Made by a program: the position numbers and the translations under genes
Notes under the pieces: generated by a model
What the model was told of the DNA's origin: nothing
The model's database searches: none
What the model saw: the letters and a program-made list of their open reading frames with translations, nothing else
Part shown: piece by piece, positions 1-9,955 of the stretch
How the letters are laid out: every line of letters begins with the position of its first letter
Position numbering within the stretch: the stretch's first letter is position 1
From: a virus
IMG/VR virus record: IMGVR_UViG_3300037247_000655
Coordinates: 101,527 to 165,526 of that record
Strand: one strand, 5' to 3'
Length of the DNA: 64,000 bases

Positions 1-929
1 CCGGTTTTACCCACGACAATTCCTGCCGCCAGGTTGCTTAATTTGACAGCTTGTTGCAAATTGTAGTCATTGGCGACACAAGCTGCAAAAGTGCTTAATA
101 CAGTATCTCCTGCTCCTGTTACATCAAGTATCATTTGTGGATCATCTCGATTGATAGATATGTGTGCTGGGAAAATATGTGACTGTCCTTCTTGATCAAG
201 TAAGAAAATACCATCATGCGACATAGTGATTATAACCGCTTTTAAGTTGAATTTTTTCTTAATGGCGTGAGCCAAATCTTGTACTGTCTCATTATTGTCA
301 GACACTACCAGTTGCTTAGCTTCAGCGAGGTTAGGTGTAATACAAAATACATCACAGAACAATTCACTATTGACTGGCTTGATGTCACATATAATTGGAC
401 ATACAAATGACGATCTGATTACTTTCATTACTTTATCCGTAACAGTTCCTTTAGCATAATCAGACACAACTATTACATCAAAGTGTTGCTGTTGACTAAG
501 TTTCTTTAGATGTTCTATCATTGTAGACTCATGTCTTTTTCTGTGCGATAAGGTTTTTATTGTTGAATCATCATCGTATCGTACCATATGCTGTCTATTT
601 GCAATAATACGTGTTTTAGAGATAGATGGAGCAGTTGAAAAAATTAAATTATTACATCCAATCAGATGTATCTTCAATTGTTGTTTTAGTTGATTTCCTG
701 TGTAGTCGTCACCAATATACCCTACAAGTTTAACATTACATCCGAATGATTTAAGATTTACCGCCACATTTGCTGCTCCACCAGCAGCGACATTTTCTTT
801 AGATATAAGAACAACAGGAACAGGTGCTTCTGGAGATATACGGGTAGCTGTACCATACTTGTAAATATCAAGCATAATATCTCCAATCACTAAAATTCGT
901 GCATCATTGAATGTCAATGATTGTGTCAT
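1..929 (-). CDS. rfaE1: D-glycero-beta-D-manno-heptose-7-phosphate kinase (RfaE domain I/HldA, PfkB family), 3' end outside window
   Basis: Not in ORF track. Hand translation from ATG at 929 gives [40 protein letters not shown], with GGAANV, TPNLAEA and DVTGAGDTV PfkB motifs. ATGA overlap with the upstream stop. Confidence 0.9.
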   Translation of the reverse strand, partial: [309 protein letters not shown]

Positions 930-2560
930 GCCTGTCTCCTCACAACAGAAATACCAAAGGTATAAAGTCCTCTTACAGACCTCTCTTTTCTGTTTGCAAT
1001 ATCGACGTTGCTGAAGTCGGTGTCACCGACTCTTACAACCCCCATTTGCTTTAACGGTTTGAGGATTCGTTCTTCAAACGTCTCTGGGGTGTAAACCCTA
1101 GAATCTGTATGGGAACCAACAGGTCTATCCAAAACGATGGTCCTGTTTGCGTCTGGATACTCGATATATTTGTCGTAGAAATCCGTAGAGATCACCATAA
1201 CGCCACCCGGTTTCAGATAACGAGCGAGATTCTGTATTGCCTTTGTATCTTCGTCAATGTGTTCAATGACACTTAGGTTAGTTATCAAATCAAATTGACC
1301 TTCTAGATCTTGGTCGAATTCTCTTAGGTCTCCGATGATACTCTTTACGCCAAACTTATCTCCAGTCTCATCTCTATAAGATCCATCAGAAACATCAATT
1401 GTTGTAACATTGTATCCCCTGTGTGACAGATAATATGGGAATACCGAGCGGGCACTACCTACATCTAGCGTCTTGCCTCTGATTCTGTGTCCTGAATATA
1501 ACAAACTATAAGCATATTCGAACCACTTCAATTCATTACACTCTAACGAGTGTTCTATTCCAAATAATTTAATGTCTGCAAACAAACTCTCTATCTCAGG
1601 CAATTCCCTTTCTCTCTTGTCATAAAGCTTAGTCAACACTTGAGGCTTGGCGGTTTTATTCTTGACACACCCAACCCTTGGGACATCGCACCAATTACAC
1701 AGCCCATAATGACGACAAGTAACAGCTTTGTCTGGTACTGGCTTGAAGTTTTTAACATTACAGACCGGTCCAATATTGTAGTACATCTTATAATGACAGT
1801 GATAGTAGTCACCATTAGGCCCAATAATCAAGCTTCTTCTAGGATGAAAACACTGGGCTTCTTTTCCAGTTGCCTGTCCGCATATGTGTCTATAAGCAGC
1901 CAAGTCTGTTAAACCACATCTTTCCCCTACTCGCTTTAAGTCGTGATAATTTTCATCTGGCATCAAGTTCCCTTGATCAAAAGGAGCATTGAAACCATTT
2001 GCGTCATCATGAAATCCCAAGAACGAACCTTCGGTCATAGAAATATTTGCACTAACCTTTTTTATCTCATTTCCGTATTGTTCCATGACTCCTGGCGCAT
2101 ATACGAATGATGTTTGATCAACAAAGTATGAACCCTTTCTCCATTTTGCAATGACAGCTAAGTATTCATCTGCGGTAATGTGATTGGGATGAAATGTTGT
2201 GTTAATTCTAAGTGTCGAAGTTGGATGAACTTTGAACCTCTTGTCGAAATCGGGGTCTTTATAAAATGGACTTTTGCAGTTGGTCGTCATTGTGATGTTG
2301 TAGTTCTTCAGACCGTTTATGATTTCAACAATATCTGGATGTAGAGTCGGTTCTCCACCAATGATGGACAATTTTTGTCCATGCTCGTGTTCAACTCCGT
2401 TCCACCACTCCAGGATTTCCTTTCCACTCATTTCCTTTTGTGATACTCTACGACCTCTTCCATTGAGAATACAGAATGGGCATCCAGCACTACAACGTAG
2501 TGTGATCATATGCGCCCAATAACACCTCTGGTGATTATAATGTGATGGCAGCTTAGTCAT
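926..2560 (-). CDS. Radical SAM enzyme fused to C-terminal class I SAM-dependent methyltransferase
   Basis: CSAGCPFC (CxxxCxxC), GGEPTLHP, Cys-rich SPASM/twitch-like segment, then LDVGSARS and SVIEH..LKPGG methyltransferase motifs. Confidence 0.85.
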   Translation of the reverse strand: MTKLPSHYNHQRCYWAHMITLRCSAGCPFCILNGRGRRVSQKEMSGKEILEWWNGVEHEHGQKLSIIGGEPTLHPDIVEIINGLKNYNITMTTNCKSPFYKDPDFDKRFKVHPTSTLRINTTFHPNHITADEYLAVIAKWRKGSYFVDQTSFVYAPGVMEQYGNEIKKVSANISMTEGSFLGFHDDANGFNAPFDQGNLMPDENYHDLKRVGERCGLTDLAAYRHICGQATGKEAQCFHPRRSLIIGPNGDYYHCHYKMYYNIGPVCNVKNFKPVPDKAVTCRHYGLCNWCDVPRVGCVKNKTAKPQVLTKLYDKRERELPEIESLFADIKLFGIEHSLECNELKWFEYAYSLLYSGHRIRGKTLDVGSARSVFPYYLSHRGYNVTTIDVSDGSYRDETGDKFGVKSIIGDLREFDQDLEGQFDLITNLSVIEHIDEDTKAIQNLARYLKPGGVMVISTDFYDKYIEYPDANRTIVLDRPVGSHTDSRVYTPETFEERILKPLKQMGVVRVGDTDFSNVDIANRKERSVRGLYTFGISVVRRQA

Positions 2561-3353
2561 CTAAAATTCCTTTGTCTAGCAAAGTATCAACATTTTGTAC
2601 CACTTCTTTTGGAGATGGCACCCTATTCTGACAAATAAACTCTACCGGAGTGTTAAACGGATTCCATAGTTTCTTGTATCTTTTTTCGAGTGTGTGGTGT
2701 ATGGATGCTATCCATGTAACATGAGGACACCCACATAAACTTGCAAGATGTATGGGTCCGCTACTTGGTCCGACAACACACTTTGCTGAGGATATTGCGC
2801 TGCACTGTTTTTCCAGTGATTGGCCTCTCAAATCTTCTGCACCATCTGGACAATAATTATCGACACCTCCGAAACAAGCAACAGATAAACCCCGCGATAT
2901 TAGTATTTCAACCAAATGTTGACATTTACCAAAGGGATATTGTTTACCTGATATTATTTTCCCATCAATACGTTTAATAGGGCGAAATGCACATAAAACA
3001 TCAGCTACATACCCTGGAGATTCTGGTGACAAGTTTCTCCATAATCGCTTGGTCGATATTCTTTCTGGTTCATCACTGTGTTTGGCAAATTCTTTGTGGG
3101 GCGACAATGTTTTATCTGCATTTATTATTGGATAATCACCCAATAGCTGGCCATCACAATAAGAAGTACCAATAGTATCAAGTGGTATAAATTTGTCTGC
3201 AAATTCATATAAGTATTGTGACCCTTTTGGCGCTGCGACTATTACATGATTATATTTTTTAGCATGATATCTCACCAATGGATTATAAAAACATAATTCC
3301 CATCCAAATTCCCCAACCCAGGGTTTACAATATAATGCTGTCATTCTTTTCAC
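2553..3353 (-). CDS. GT9-like (heptosyltransferase-like) glycosyltransferase
   Basis: C-terminal DLRG..SSGPIHLASLCGCP matches the GT9 DSGPMHLAAA motif; next to heptose kinase. Confidence 0.65.
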   Translation of the reverse strand: MKRMTALYCKPWVGEFGWELCFYNPLVRYHAKKYNHVIVAAPKGSQYLYEFADKFIPLDTIGTSYCDGQLLGDYPIINADKTLSPHKEFAKHSDEPERISTKRLWRNLSPESPGYVADVLCAFRPIKRIDGKIISGKQYPFGKCQHLVEILISRGLSVACFGGVDNYCPDGAEDLRGQSLEKQCSAISSAKCVVGPSSGPIHLASLCGCPHVTWIASIHHTLEKRYKKLWNPFNTPVEFICQNRVPSPKEVVQNVDTLLDKGILDD

Positions 3354-3979
3354 CCTCTCGTTGGAGTTGTTAATGCCTTATTAATTGACCAATGACCCCT
3401 AACGAGTCGCTCTCGTATAGTCCTTTTGTTAATACCGGTTTCTTCTGCCCAAGCCGAGATGCATTGCGTTTTTTTGTTAAACGTAATCATATAATTACTA
3501 CGTTTATTTCTGCTATTTTCTTTGGGTGTTGTCCATCGACAATTTTCTTTACAATAATTTCCATCGTTGTCGATTCTATCTATCTGCAAACCAATTGGGA
3601 CTTCACCCATATCATCTAAGAAATTCTTAAATTTTTTCCATCGATCACAGATAATGATCCCTCTGCCACCATAATTCTTCCAATGCTGATCATTTTGGTT
3701 GGTACATCTTTGTATAATGCTTGACCATACATTGTAAGTTTTTCTTGTTCTACCAGCATCGTTTTTTGTATGGCCGTGTTTAACATTGTTACCTTTTCTA
3801 CGTAGACATCCGCAGCTTTTAGTATTACCTCTTTTCAAACTATTCCCACAAATTATCTTTTCATTGCCACAATCACATTTACACAGCCATTCATAATGAC
3901 CATCACTACTTTTCCCTGTCGGCTTAATCACGACTAATTTATTAAATTTCTTACCAGTTAGATCTATAAAATTTGACAT
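3350..3979 (-). CDS. HNH homing endonuclease
   Basis: DLTGKKFNKL, WLCKCDCG, YGGRGI, QIDRIDNDGNYCKENCRW. Confidence 0.9.
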   Translation of the reverse strand: MSNFIDLTGKKFNKLVVIKPTGKSSDGHYEWLCKCDCGNEKIICGNSLKRGNTKSCGCLRRKGNNVKHGHTKNDAGRTRKTYNVWSSIIQRCTNQNDQHWKNYGGRGIIICDRWKKFKNFLDDMGEVPIGLQIDRIDNDGNYCKENCRWTTPKENSRNKRSNYMITFNKKTQCISAWAEETGINKRTIRERLVRGHWSINKALTTPTRG

Positions 3980-3985
3980 AATATA

Positions 3986-4723
3986 TCATCTTAAAGTATG
4001 ACCATCTCTAGTATATATTGTCACACCATTTCTATCAATGACCCTATTGACGTTTAGATGATCCATCAACATATTGAGGTGATATTGCATACGTTTATTC
4101 CTGTGATTAAAATAGTTTTGATCTCTAATTGGCATATGCCCAGTGACTATACCAGGAGTATACACAATATTCAACTTCCCTAAAGCACGACAAAAAAACG
4201 GAATATGATCACATGTCTTGAACAAAGCACTCCATCCACCAATTCCCCTGATCTTTTCTGTTCTACCCATCCAGAACTGAAGAACAATATCCCATAGATC
4301 AAAGTTTCTTAGTCGACTGCGCGGATTTGGCTTAAAAATAAGCGCATTGTCTTCTATGTGGAGTGAACTTTGATACTGGGGGTGGCCATCAACTTGTCCT
4401 CCTACAATGTCGATTTCTGTATTGTTTTCGAGAATTTCCAACCATTTTGATAATTGTGTCCTGTCATTAAAAATAAAATCATCATCAAGAGTTACTACAT
4501 ACGGCGTATCAACCTTACTAAGTGCAAGATTACGGCCAGCCGAAACACCACTATCGTACGGCATTAATAGATGTTCTGCTCCTGTAATAGAATGTGGTTT
4601 AGCACTGTCATCTGCTACAATTATTCTAATATCAGGATACATCATTCTGATGCTATAAATCAGCCTATCTACACATCTAGGTCGTTCAAATGTTTTGACT
4701 ATCAGAGTTACTTTGTCTCGCAT
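3986..4723 (-). CDS. Family 2 glycosyltransferase
   Basis: KTFERP, IIVADDS, GVSAGRN, TLDDD (DxD). Confidence 0.85.
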   Translation of the reverse strand: MRDKVTLIVKTFERPRCVDRLIYSIRMMYPDIRIIVADDSAKPHSITGAEHLLMPYDSGVSAGRNLALSKVDTPYVVTLDDDFIFNDRTQLSKWLEILENNTEIDIVGGQVDGHPQYQSSLHIEDNALIFKPNPRSRLRNFDLWDIVLQFWMGRTEKIRGIGGWSALFKTCDHIPFFCRALGKLNIVYTPGIVTGHMPIRDQNYFNHRNKRMQYHLNMLMDHLNVNRVIDRNGVTIYTRDGHTLR

Positions 4724-7083
4724 TCTTGCACCTCTTTGAATTCTTCGTCTAACACAGAATCTGCTGATTCTCCATTAATTAGATCCATCGCTTTCCATAG
4801 CTTATCCAACGCTACGACCCCCAGAAAATCGAATTTCACCGCCCCCATAGCTTCTGCATCAGACATCTCTAGACCGACAACTCTATCTTTATTTTTGGCA
4901 TCATAAACCATTGGTACAAGTTCTTCTATGGGCCTATCTGCTATAACGACACCAGCAGCATGTTTTGATTGTGATTTTTTAGTACCTTCGATTCTCATAG
5001 CCTGATCAAACAACGGCTTATACCACTCGTAAGCATCTTTTACTTGTTCAATATGGTGTATCGCCCATTGTAAGATACCATAATCGTCACCATGATCTTC
5101 TCTTGCTTGCCTTAACTCATCAGATATAGACGCCTCATCAGGTATATGACGTGTAATATCGTTACATAAATCATGGGGAGTCATACATATATCATCTGCG
5201 TTCTTTCCCTCTTTGATTGATTTCACTTTCATAAGATGCTTGACAGTATCTGGATGAGCACGGAACACTTCTTTCAAAGCTGCTTTACCCTGGAGTCTTC
5301 CGAACGTAATCATTTGCGCAACGTATTCTTCACCCCATCTCTTTTTCAGATACGTAATGACTTCGTTGCGAAACACAACCCCTATATCCGTATCAATATC
5401 AGGAAGGCTAATATGACCCTTATGGATAGTTACATCTTTGTTGGTGTCCAATTCACAAGATTCAACTATTGTTATACCAAGACCATGTGCCAAATGTGAG
5501 TTAGATGGATTAGTAGACGGCTTCTCTTTGATCATATCAGCCAAGTACATCCACATACGAGAATTATTGGCATCAATCCATTCAACTTCCTTCCTCATCA
5601 TATCCGTAAACACCACGGGGTCAAATGGATCTTTACAATATTGTTCTATTCGTCCAGCCAGGTGAAGAGAGACATATTTCCTGTCTGAGTCTATATCCCT
5701 TGTGTGTAATAGTTCAAAGTTATCAGACATCCAAGACATGAAACTAGTATGCCCGACATCAAAGTGAGGTGGTATGTTACGACTCATATTATAGAATCTT
5801 TCAAAATACAAACCGTATTTGATCGGATCTATTCCTGTTATTCCTGTTAGATAATTGATAAGTGATCCTGCTCCAGAACCTCGTCCCTTGCCTCTTGGTC
5901 CGTTGGATTCGTCTACGAACTTACATGCATCCCAAACTATAAGAAAATAATCTGCTAATCCGGCCTCTTGGATGACTATGAGTTCCCTTTTTAATCTTTT
6001 CCAATATGTAGCCTTTTGTGATTGATCAAGATGGGACAACTTTTCCTTAGCACCTTCTATACACAGGTGTTTGAGATATTCTATAGAATTCATGCCAAGT
6101 TTTTTAGACTCATCATTTGTAAAAATTGGCAAATACGGATTATGGCCAAGCGATGAGTATTCTATACGATCTGCTATGTCTAATGTCGCTTGCAGTTCTG
6201 CTTCCGTAAATGTCTCCCGCATTTCTTCGTATGACGGTATATAGTACTTATCAGAAACAAAAAAGTCCATTACATCTTGGCCGGTGGAGATTTTGTAGTC
6301 TTGCGCCTCTTTTGTTGTATGGAGACTTGCATACAAAAGCAATCGTTGGTCCTCAGCATCTTCTTGTCTACAATAATGGGCATCAATGGTGGCGACTGTG
6401 GGAACACCAGTTTCTATACTTAGCTCACGGAGACATTCGACAACCACAGTTTGAATTCCCATCGATTCGTCCTGTAATTCTAAATAATAATTGTCTTTTC
6501 CGAATATCTCTATATGCTTTTGAATTATTGCTTTGCCAACTTCTAACCAATCTGGTTTTAGATACTTTCTAGCCTCAGCAACATTGTGATTACGACCAGC
6601 CATGATAGCTTCTTTAAAATCTATAAACAGCTCCATAGATAACTCCCCTGCGATGCACGCAGTCAGGAATATGAGATTTCTACGTTTTGCGAATTTAGCT
6701 ATGCCAGTCAGATCTATTCTAGGTTTTCGATAGAAGTGGTCCGGTTTATTAGTTTCAGATACCAACCGCATTAAATCTTCGATTCCTTGATCGTTTTTAG
6801 CAAGAACTATTAAGTGATGTCTTTTGTTGTTGGCGTTGTTTTTTATAGTTGGGTCTTGTTCACAGACATATAGTTCACATCCGATAATGGGTTTGATTTT
6901 TGCTTTTCGTGCTGCATCATAGAATGTCTTCATACAGCTTATATTTCCATGGTCTGAAATTGTGCAAGCAGGAAGTCCCAACTCAACACATCTGTTAACT
7001 ATGTCTTTTGGTGAACAAAGTCCGTCCAATAAACTAAAGTATGAATGTAAATGAAGTGGGACATATGTTTTTGTATTATTCAT
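4708..7083 (-). CDS. dnaE: DNA polymerase III alpha, N-terminal part only (PHP + palm/thumb); lacks fingers, HhH and OB domains
   Basis: HLHSYFSLLDG, SDHG, GRGSGAGS, PDIDTD, HAAGVVI, KFDFLG; ORF stops about 35 aa after KFDFLG. Confidence 0.95.
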   Translation of the reverse strand: MNNTKTYVPLHLHSYFSLLDGLCSPKDIVNRCVELGLPACTISDHGNISCMKTFYDAARKAKIKPIIGCELYVCEQDPTIKNNANNKRHHLIVLAKNDQGIEDLMRLVSETNKPDHFYRKPRIDLTGIAKFAKRRNLIFLTACIAGELSMELFIDFKEAIMAGRNHNVAEARKYLKPDWLEVGKAIIQKHIEIFGKDNYYLELQDESMGIQTVVVECLRELSIETGVPTVATIDAHYCRQEDAEDQRLLLYASLHTTKEAQDYKISTGQDVMDFFVSDKYYIPSYEEMRETFTEAELQATLDIADRIEYSSLGHNPYLPIFTNDESKKLGMNSIEYLKHLCIEGAKEKLSHLDQSQKATYWKRLKRELIVIQEAGLADYFLIVWDACKFVDESNGPRGKGRGSGAGSLINYLTGITGIDPIKYGLYFERFYNMSRNIPPHFDVGHTSFMSWMSDNFELLHTRDIDSDRKYVSLHLAGRIEQYCKDPFDPVVFTDMMRKEVEWIDANNSRMWMYLADMIKEKPSTNPSNSHLAHGLGITIVESCELDTNKDVTIHKGHISLPDIDTDIGVVFRNEVITYLKKRWGEEYVAQMITFGRLQGKAALKEVFRAHPDTVKHLMKVKSIKEGKNADDICMTPHDLCNDITRHIPDEASISDELRQAREDHGDDYGILQWAIHHIEQVKDAYEWYKPLFDQAMRIEGTKKSQSKHAAGVVIADRPIEELVPMVYDAKNKDRVVGLEMSDAEAMGAVKFDFLGVVALDKLWKAMDLINGESADSVLDEEFKEVQECETK

Positions 7084-8029
7084 TATCTACTCCCGGTTTT
7101 CCAATTGCTAGCTGCTGTTCGTATGTCAACTTGGCATATTTGTTTTTCACAAAGTCTCCTCCAGAAGTATGTAAATCGCTCCACACCCTATCACAGATAC
7201 CATTGCGACCGAAAGAACACATCTTACAAGACCAGTGCTTATTTCTTCGTATCAACGTATCGTTCTTTACAGTTCTTAAAAAGTCATAGAGAAACTCGAC
7301 GGTACCAATAAGATCATTGCGAGATAATGCAATTGTTATTGGGCCACCACTATTAGCATAAAAGAAGGTGATAATTATATTCTTGTATTGTGGATAAAGA
7401 AAGAATGCTGCTAGGTGGTATAGTCTAGGTTGTACTTCTCTCATCAGAACTTTTTCGTCAATTGGTTCCTGTGTATGAAAATTTGTTCTATTACCAGATT
7501 TCCAGTCTATTATTTCTAAAGTATCTTTGTCTATTTCACGGGTTAGATCAATGAAACCTCGCACAGTAAACTGTTTCTCTTCTCCTTCATTATTTGAGCA
7601 TTTCCATTCTTCTCCAGGCATCTCCAGAGAAAACCATTGTTCTGCTTCTAATACATCTACTAAATAGGGATTATAAAATTCATCAGCAAGTACGGTCTCA
7701 AGAGCAACTCTACACTTCTTGAAGTCAGCAGCTTCCTTTAGGGCACCAGTTTCTCTATCTACACGAGTAGTAACTTTCCTGATCTGTATTTCTGGAGAAT
7801 TTTGAGTGTGCTCGTCCCATGCTCTATTCAGCAACCACATCGGATCAACATTGGTTTTGCCACGTTTTTTTAGCCGAGCCATCCATTCCAGAGCCTGATG
7901 TATGATGCTACCCTGAAGAGCCGCCTTACCAGTTTTAGATTCTAGACCTAAAAGGTAATGCAGATAATAAGCGAATTGGCAATGATTATATGTCCCAATT
8001 GCACTAGAGCTACATCTTACAATTTTCAT
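7076..8029 (-). CDS. PD-(D/E)XK exonuclease (RecB/Cas4-like, probable Fe-S cluster)
   Basis: SSSAI..C, GSIIH, GFIDL, IIDWKSG, QPRLY, C-terminal CKMC..C. Confidence 0.85.
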   Translation of the reverse strand: MKIVRCSSSAIGTYNHCQFAYYLHYLLGLESKTGKAALQGSIIHQALEWMARLKKRGKTNVDPMWLLNRAWDEHTQNSPEIQIRKVTTRVDRETGALKEAADFKKCRVALETVLADEFYNPYLVDVLEAEQWFSLEMPGEEWKCSNNEGEEKQFTVRGFIDLTREIDKDTLEIIDWKSGNRTNFHTQEPIDEKVLMREVQPRLYHLAAFFLYPQYKNIIITFFYANSGGPITIALSRNDLIGTVEFLYDFLRTVKNDTLIRRNKHWSCKMCSFGRNGICDRVWSDLHTSGGDFVKNKYAKLTYEQQLAIGKPGVDNE

Positions 8030-8331
8030 ATGTAGAAACTCCTAAAATATATCTCTAGAGCCGGAACACAATGGCAATACGATGGGGGAAATTCTAGAGT
8101 GTAACAAGCTGCACTAACAACCTGTGAATTGCTTAATAATAACGAACCCCTAATTGCTATGCGTCTCCGAAATCTATTCCATTTAGACAGGAGAGGCATA
8201 TTCACTTTTGGCCAATGTTTATCAATGAATATCTTCCACCACAATACTTCAAATCTGAAAATAATTTCACCTATATCATGAGTCATCCAGTTCCTGTGCG
8301 ATCCGTGATAGTTCCTGAACAATACCCTCAT
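8026..8331 (-). CDS. Hypothetical protein
   Basis: Operon-packed ORF with ATGA overlap. Confidence 0.45.
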   Translation of the reverse strand: MRVLFRNYHGSHRNWMTHDIGEIIFRFEVLWWKIFIDKHWPKVNMPLLSKWNRFRRRIAIRGSLLLSNSQVVSAACYTLEFPPSYCHCVPALEIYFRSFYI

Positions 8332-8401
8332 TGATATGGTTCCTGTTTATTCTGACGACTCCGTCTCTCGCGATTCAAGGCCATCAATTACACGAGGAAC
8401 T

Positions 8402-8800
8402 TTAGTCGTTCTTCCCTCGGTTACCACAGTGTTCGTACCACGCCTTGACACGTGGAGTTACGTCGTCCAGGTCATCTCTACCACACTCCTGGAAGTGCAT
8501 AATAGCATTAGCGTTAAACACAACCGCTGCTAAGTGATCTTCATCAGACTCACCACGCTCAAAGGATGCTATGTGCCGTTTCATACTAGCGAGAAACCGG
8601 CTATATGGCATCCCCTTAGCCCAATTCCATTCATCATACTTTTTTGCGCCACTGCTGTAGTGTAATGCCGTTCGTTGTTCGGCGAGTGGAGGGATGAGGT
8701 CAAACCTTGGTTTTCCATCGTCTGTATCTCGAACAGCACCGCCATCAAACTTCTGTCGTTCACCAGAATCCTTAATATCAAACTGCTTAGCCATTTCCAT
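8402..8800 (-). CDS. dATP/dGTP diphosphohydrolase (DUF5664 family)
   Basis: GAVRDTDDGKPRFDLIP, GAKKY..NW.KG, RH, EDHLAAVVFN. Confidence 0.85.
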   Translation of the reverse strand: MEMAKQFDIKDSGERQKFDGGAVRDTDDGKPRFDLIPPLAEQRTALHYSSGAKKYDEWNWAKGMPYSRFLASMKRHIASFERGESDEDHLAAVVFNANAIMHFQECGRDDLDDVTPRVKAWYEHCGNRGKND

Positions 8801-9953
8801 TCTCCATTACATAACCGTCAGAAAAAACCTCAGATCTAGATGTCTGTTGTAAAATAGGACCAATCTTACTCGCTATGTCACTTGGTAACATATCTCCAAT
8901 ATCACCTTCTGTATCGGGTGTCACACAAAATACCCTAAAATAGTGTTGGAAATCTTCCTTGATTCTATCCATTGCTGTCTGTCCGGCTTTATCGTTATCG
9001 AACGTACATATAACAGTCAATGCTCCAGCATTTTGAAGCATCAAACGTTGTTGTTTAGATATACTTAATCCAAGCAATGCTACGCTGTTTCTAATACCAG
9101 CAGCCTCGTAAGCCCAGACATCCCCTGGCCCTTCACACAATATTGCTGTACCAGTTTTCCCTATGAATGGCTTCGCGTACCAAGAGTTATATAAACACAA
9201 TCCCCCTCGCAACCCCTTTGAGTGTTTCCATTTGGTATACACAGCACTGTATTCAGAATCTGGACACGATGTTCTATCCGGATGATGGTGCAAACCACAG
9301 TCATCACATTTATTATATATACTTCTACCAGACCATCCTACAACATATCTGCCAGTAATATCTAATATGGGGAAAAATGCCCTTTTGTACATCTGTTTCC
9401 CTTTGATATTACAAAAAGATATATGATACTTAGCTATTATCTCTGGTGATACACCTCTATTCGGATAATAAACCTGATCAGCCTGGAGCTTAGACACTAC
9501 CGTTGACAATGGTAATCCATTATTTATCTTGGTGACGATGCTTTTTCTCTTGTGCAGTTTTATTACTTTAGATATCTCTATATCCTGGGCAGTTGTTTCG
9601 CTTGTTCCAAACTGATCCAAACCAAGAGCTTGAGCTACGAATTTTACTGATTGATGAAACTCCCATTTCTTTCCTGTCTTGCGACTCATAGTCCCTCGCA
9701 CTAGACCAAAAATACTATTTGAAGGACCTGTCAACGGATCGCGGTGGCACCCCCTTGTTTTGCACTCAAAATGGTTAGATTGTAATGCCCAGAACAAGCC
9801 CCTGTCATTATCACCATCATGAATAGGGCAAGCACTTTGAATATAGTCGTGCCGTTCAGTAAATTCTACACCCATAGCATCAAAGATTTCACAAACTCTT
9901 TCACAAGCCCTGGCTTGAATAAACTCTACTTGACTCGCATTGAATCTTTGCAC
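8787..9953 (-). CDS. dnaG: DNA primase
   Basis: CPIH..C Zn finger, GWSGR, Toprim CEGPGD and FDNDKAG. Confidence 0.9.
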   Translation of the reverse strand: MQRFNASQVEFIQARACERVCEIFDAMGVEFTERHDYIQSACPIHDGDNDRGLFWALQSNHFECKTRGCHRDPLTGPSNSIFGLVRGTMSRKTGKKWEFHQSVKFVAQALGLDQFGTSETTAQDIEISKVIKLHKRKSIVTKINNGLPLSTVVSKLQADQVYYPNRGVSPEIIAKYHISFCNIKGKQMYKRAFFPILDITGRYVVGWSGRSIYNKCDDCGLHHHPDRTSCPDSEYSAVYTKWKHSKGLRGGLCLYNSWYAKPFIGKTGTAILCEGPGDVWAYEAAGIRNSVALLGLSISKQQRLMLQNAGALTVICTFDNDKAGQTAMDRIKEDFQHYFRVFCVTPDTEGDIGDMLPSDIASKIGPILQQTSRSEVFSDGYVMENGNG

Positions 9954-9955
9954 TG

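Noticed and set aside
5413-5778. Intein in DnaE
   Set aside because: No N-terminal Cys/Ser, no block B and no terminal Asn with a +1 nucleophile.
7076-8029. Cas4-like nuclease as evidence of CRISPR-Cas
   Set aside because: No repeat-spacer array or other cas genes were seen; solo Cas4-like exonucleases are common in phage replication modules.
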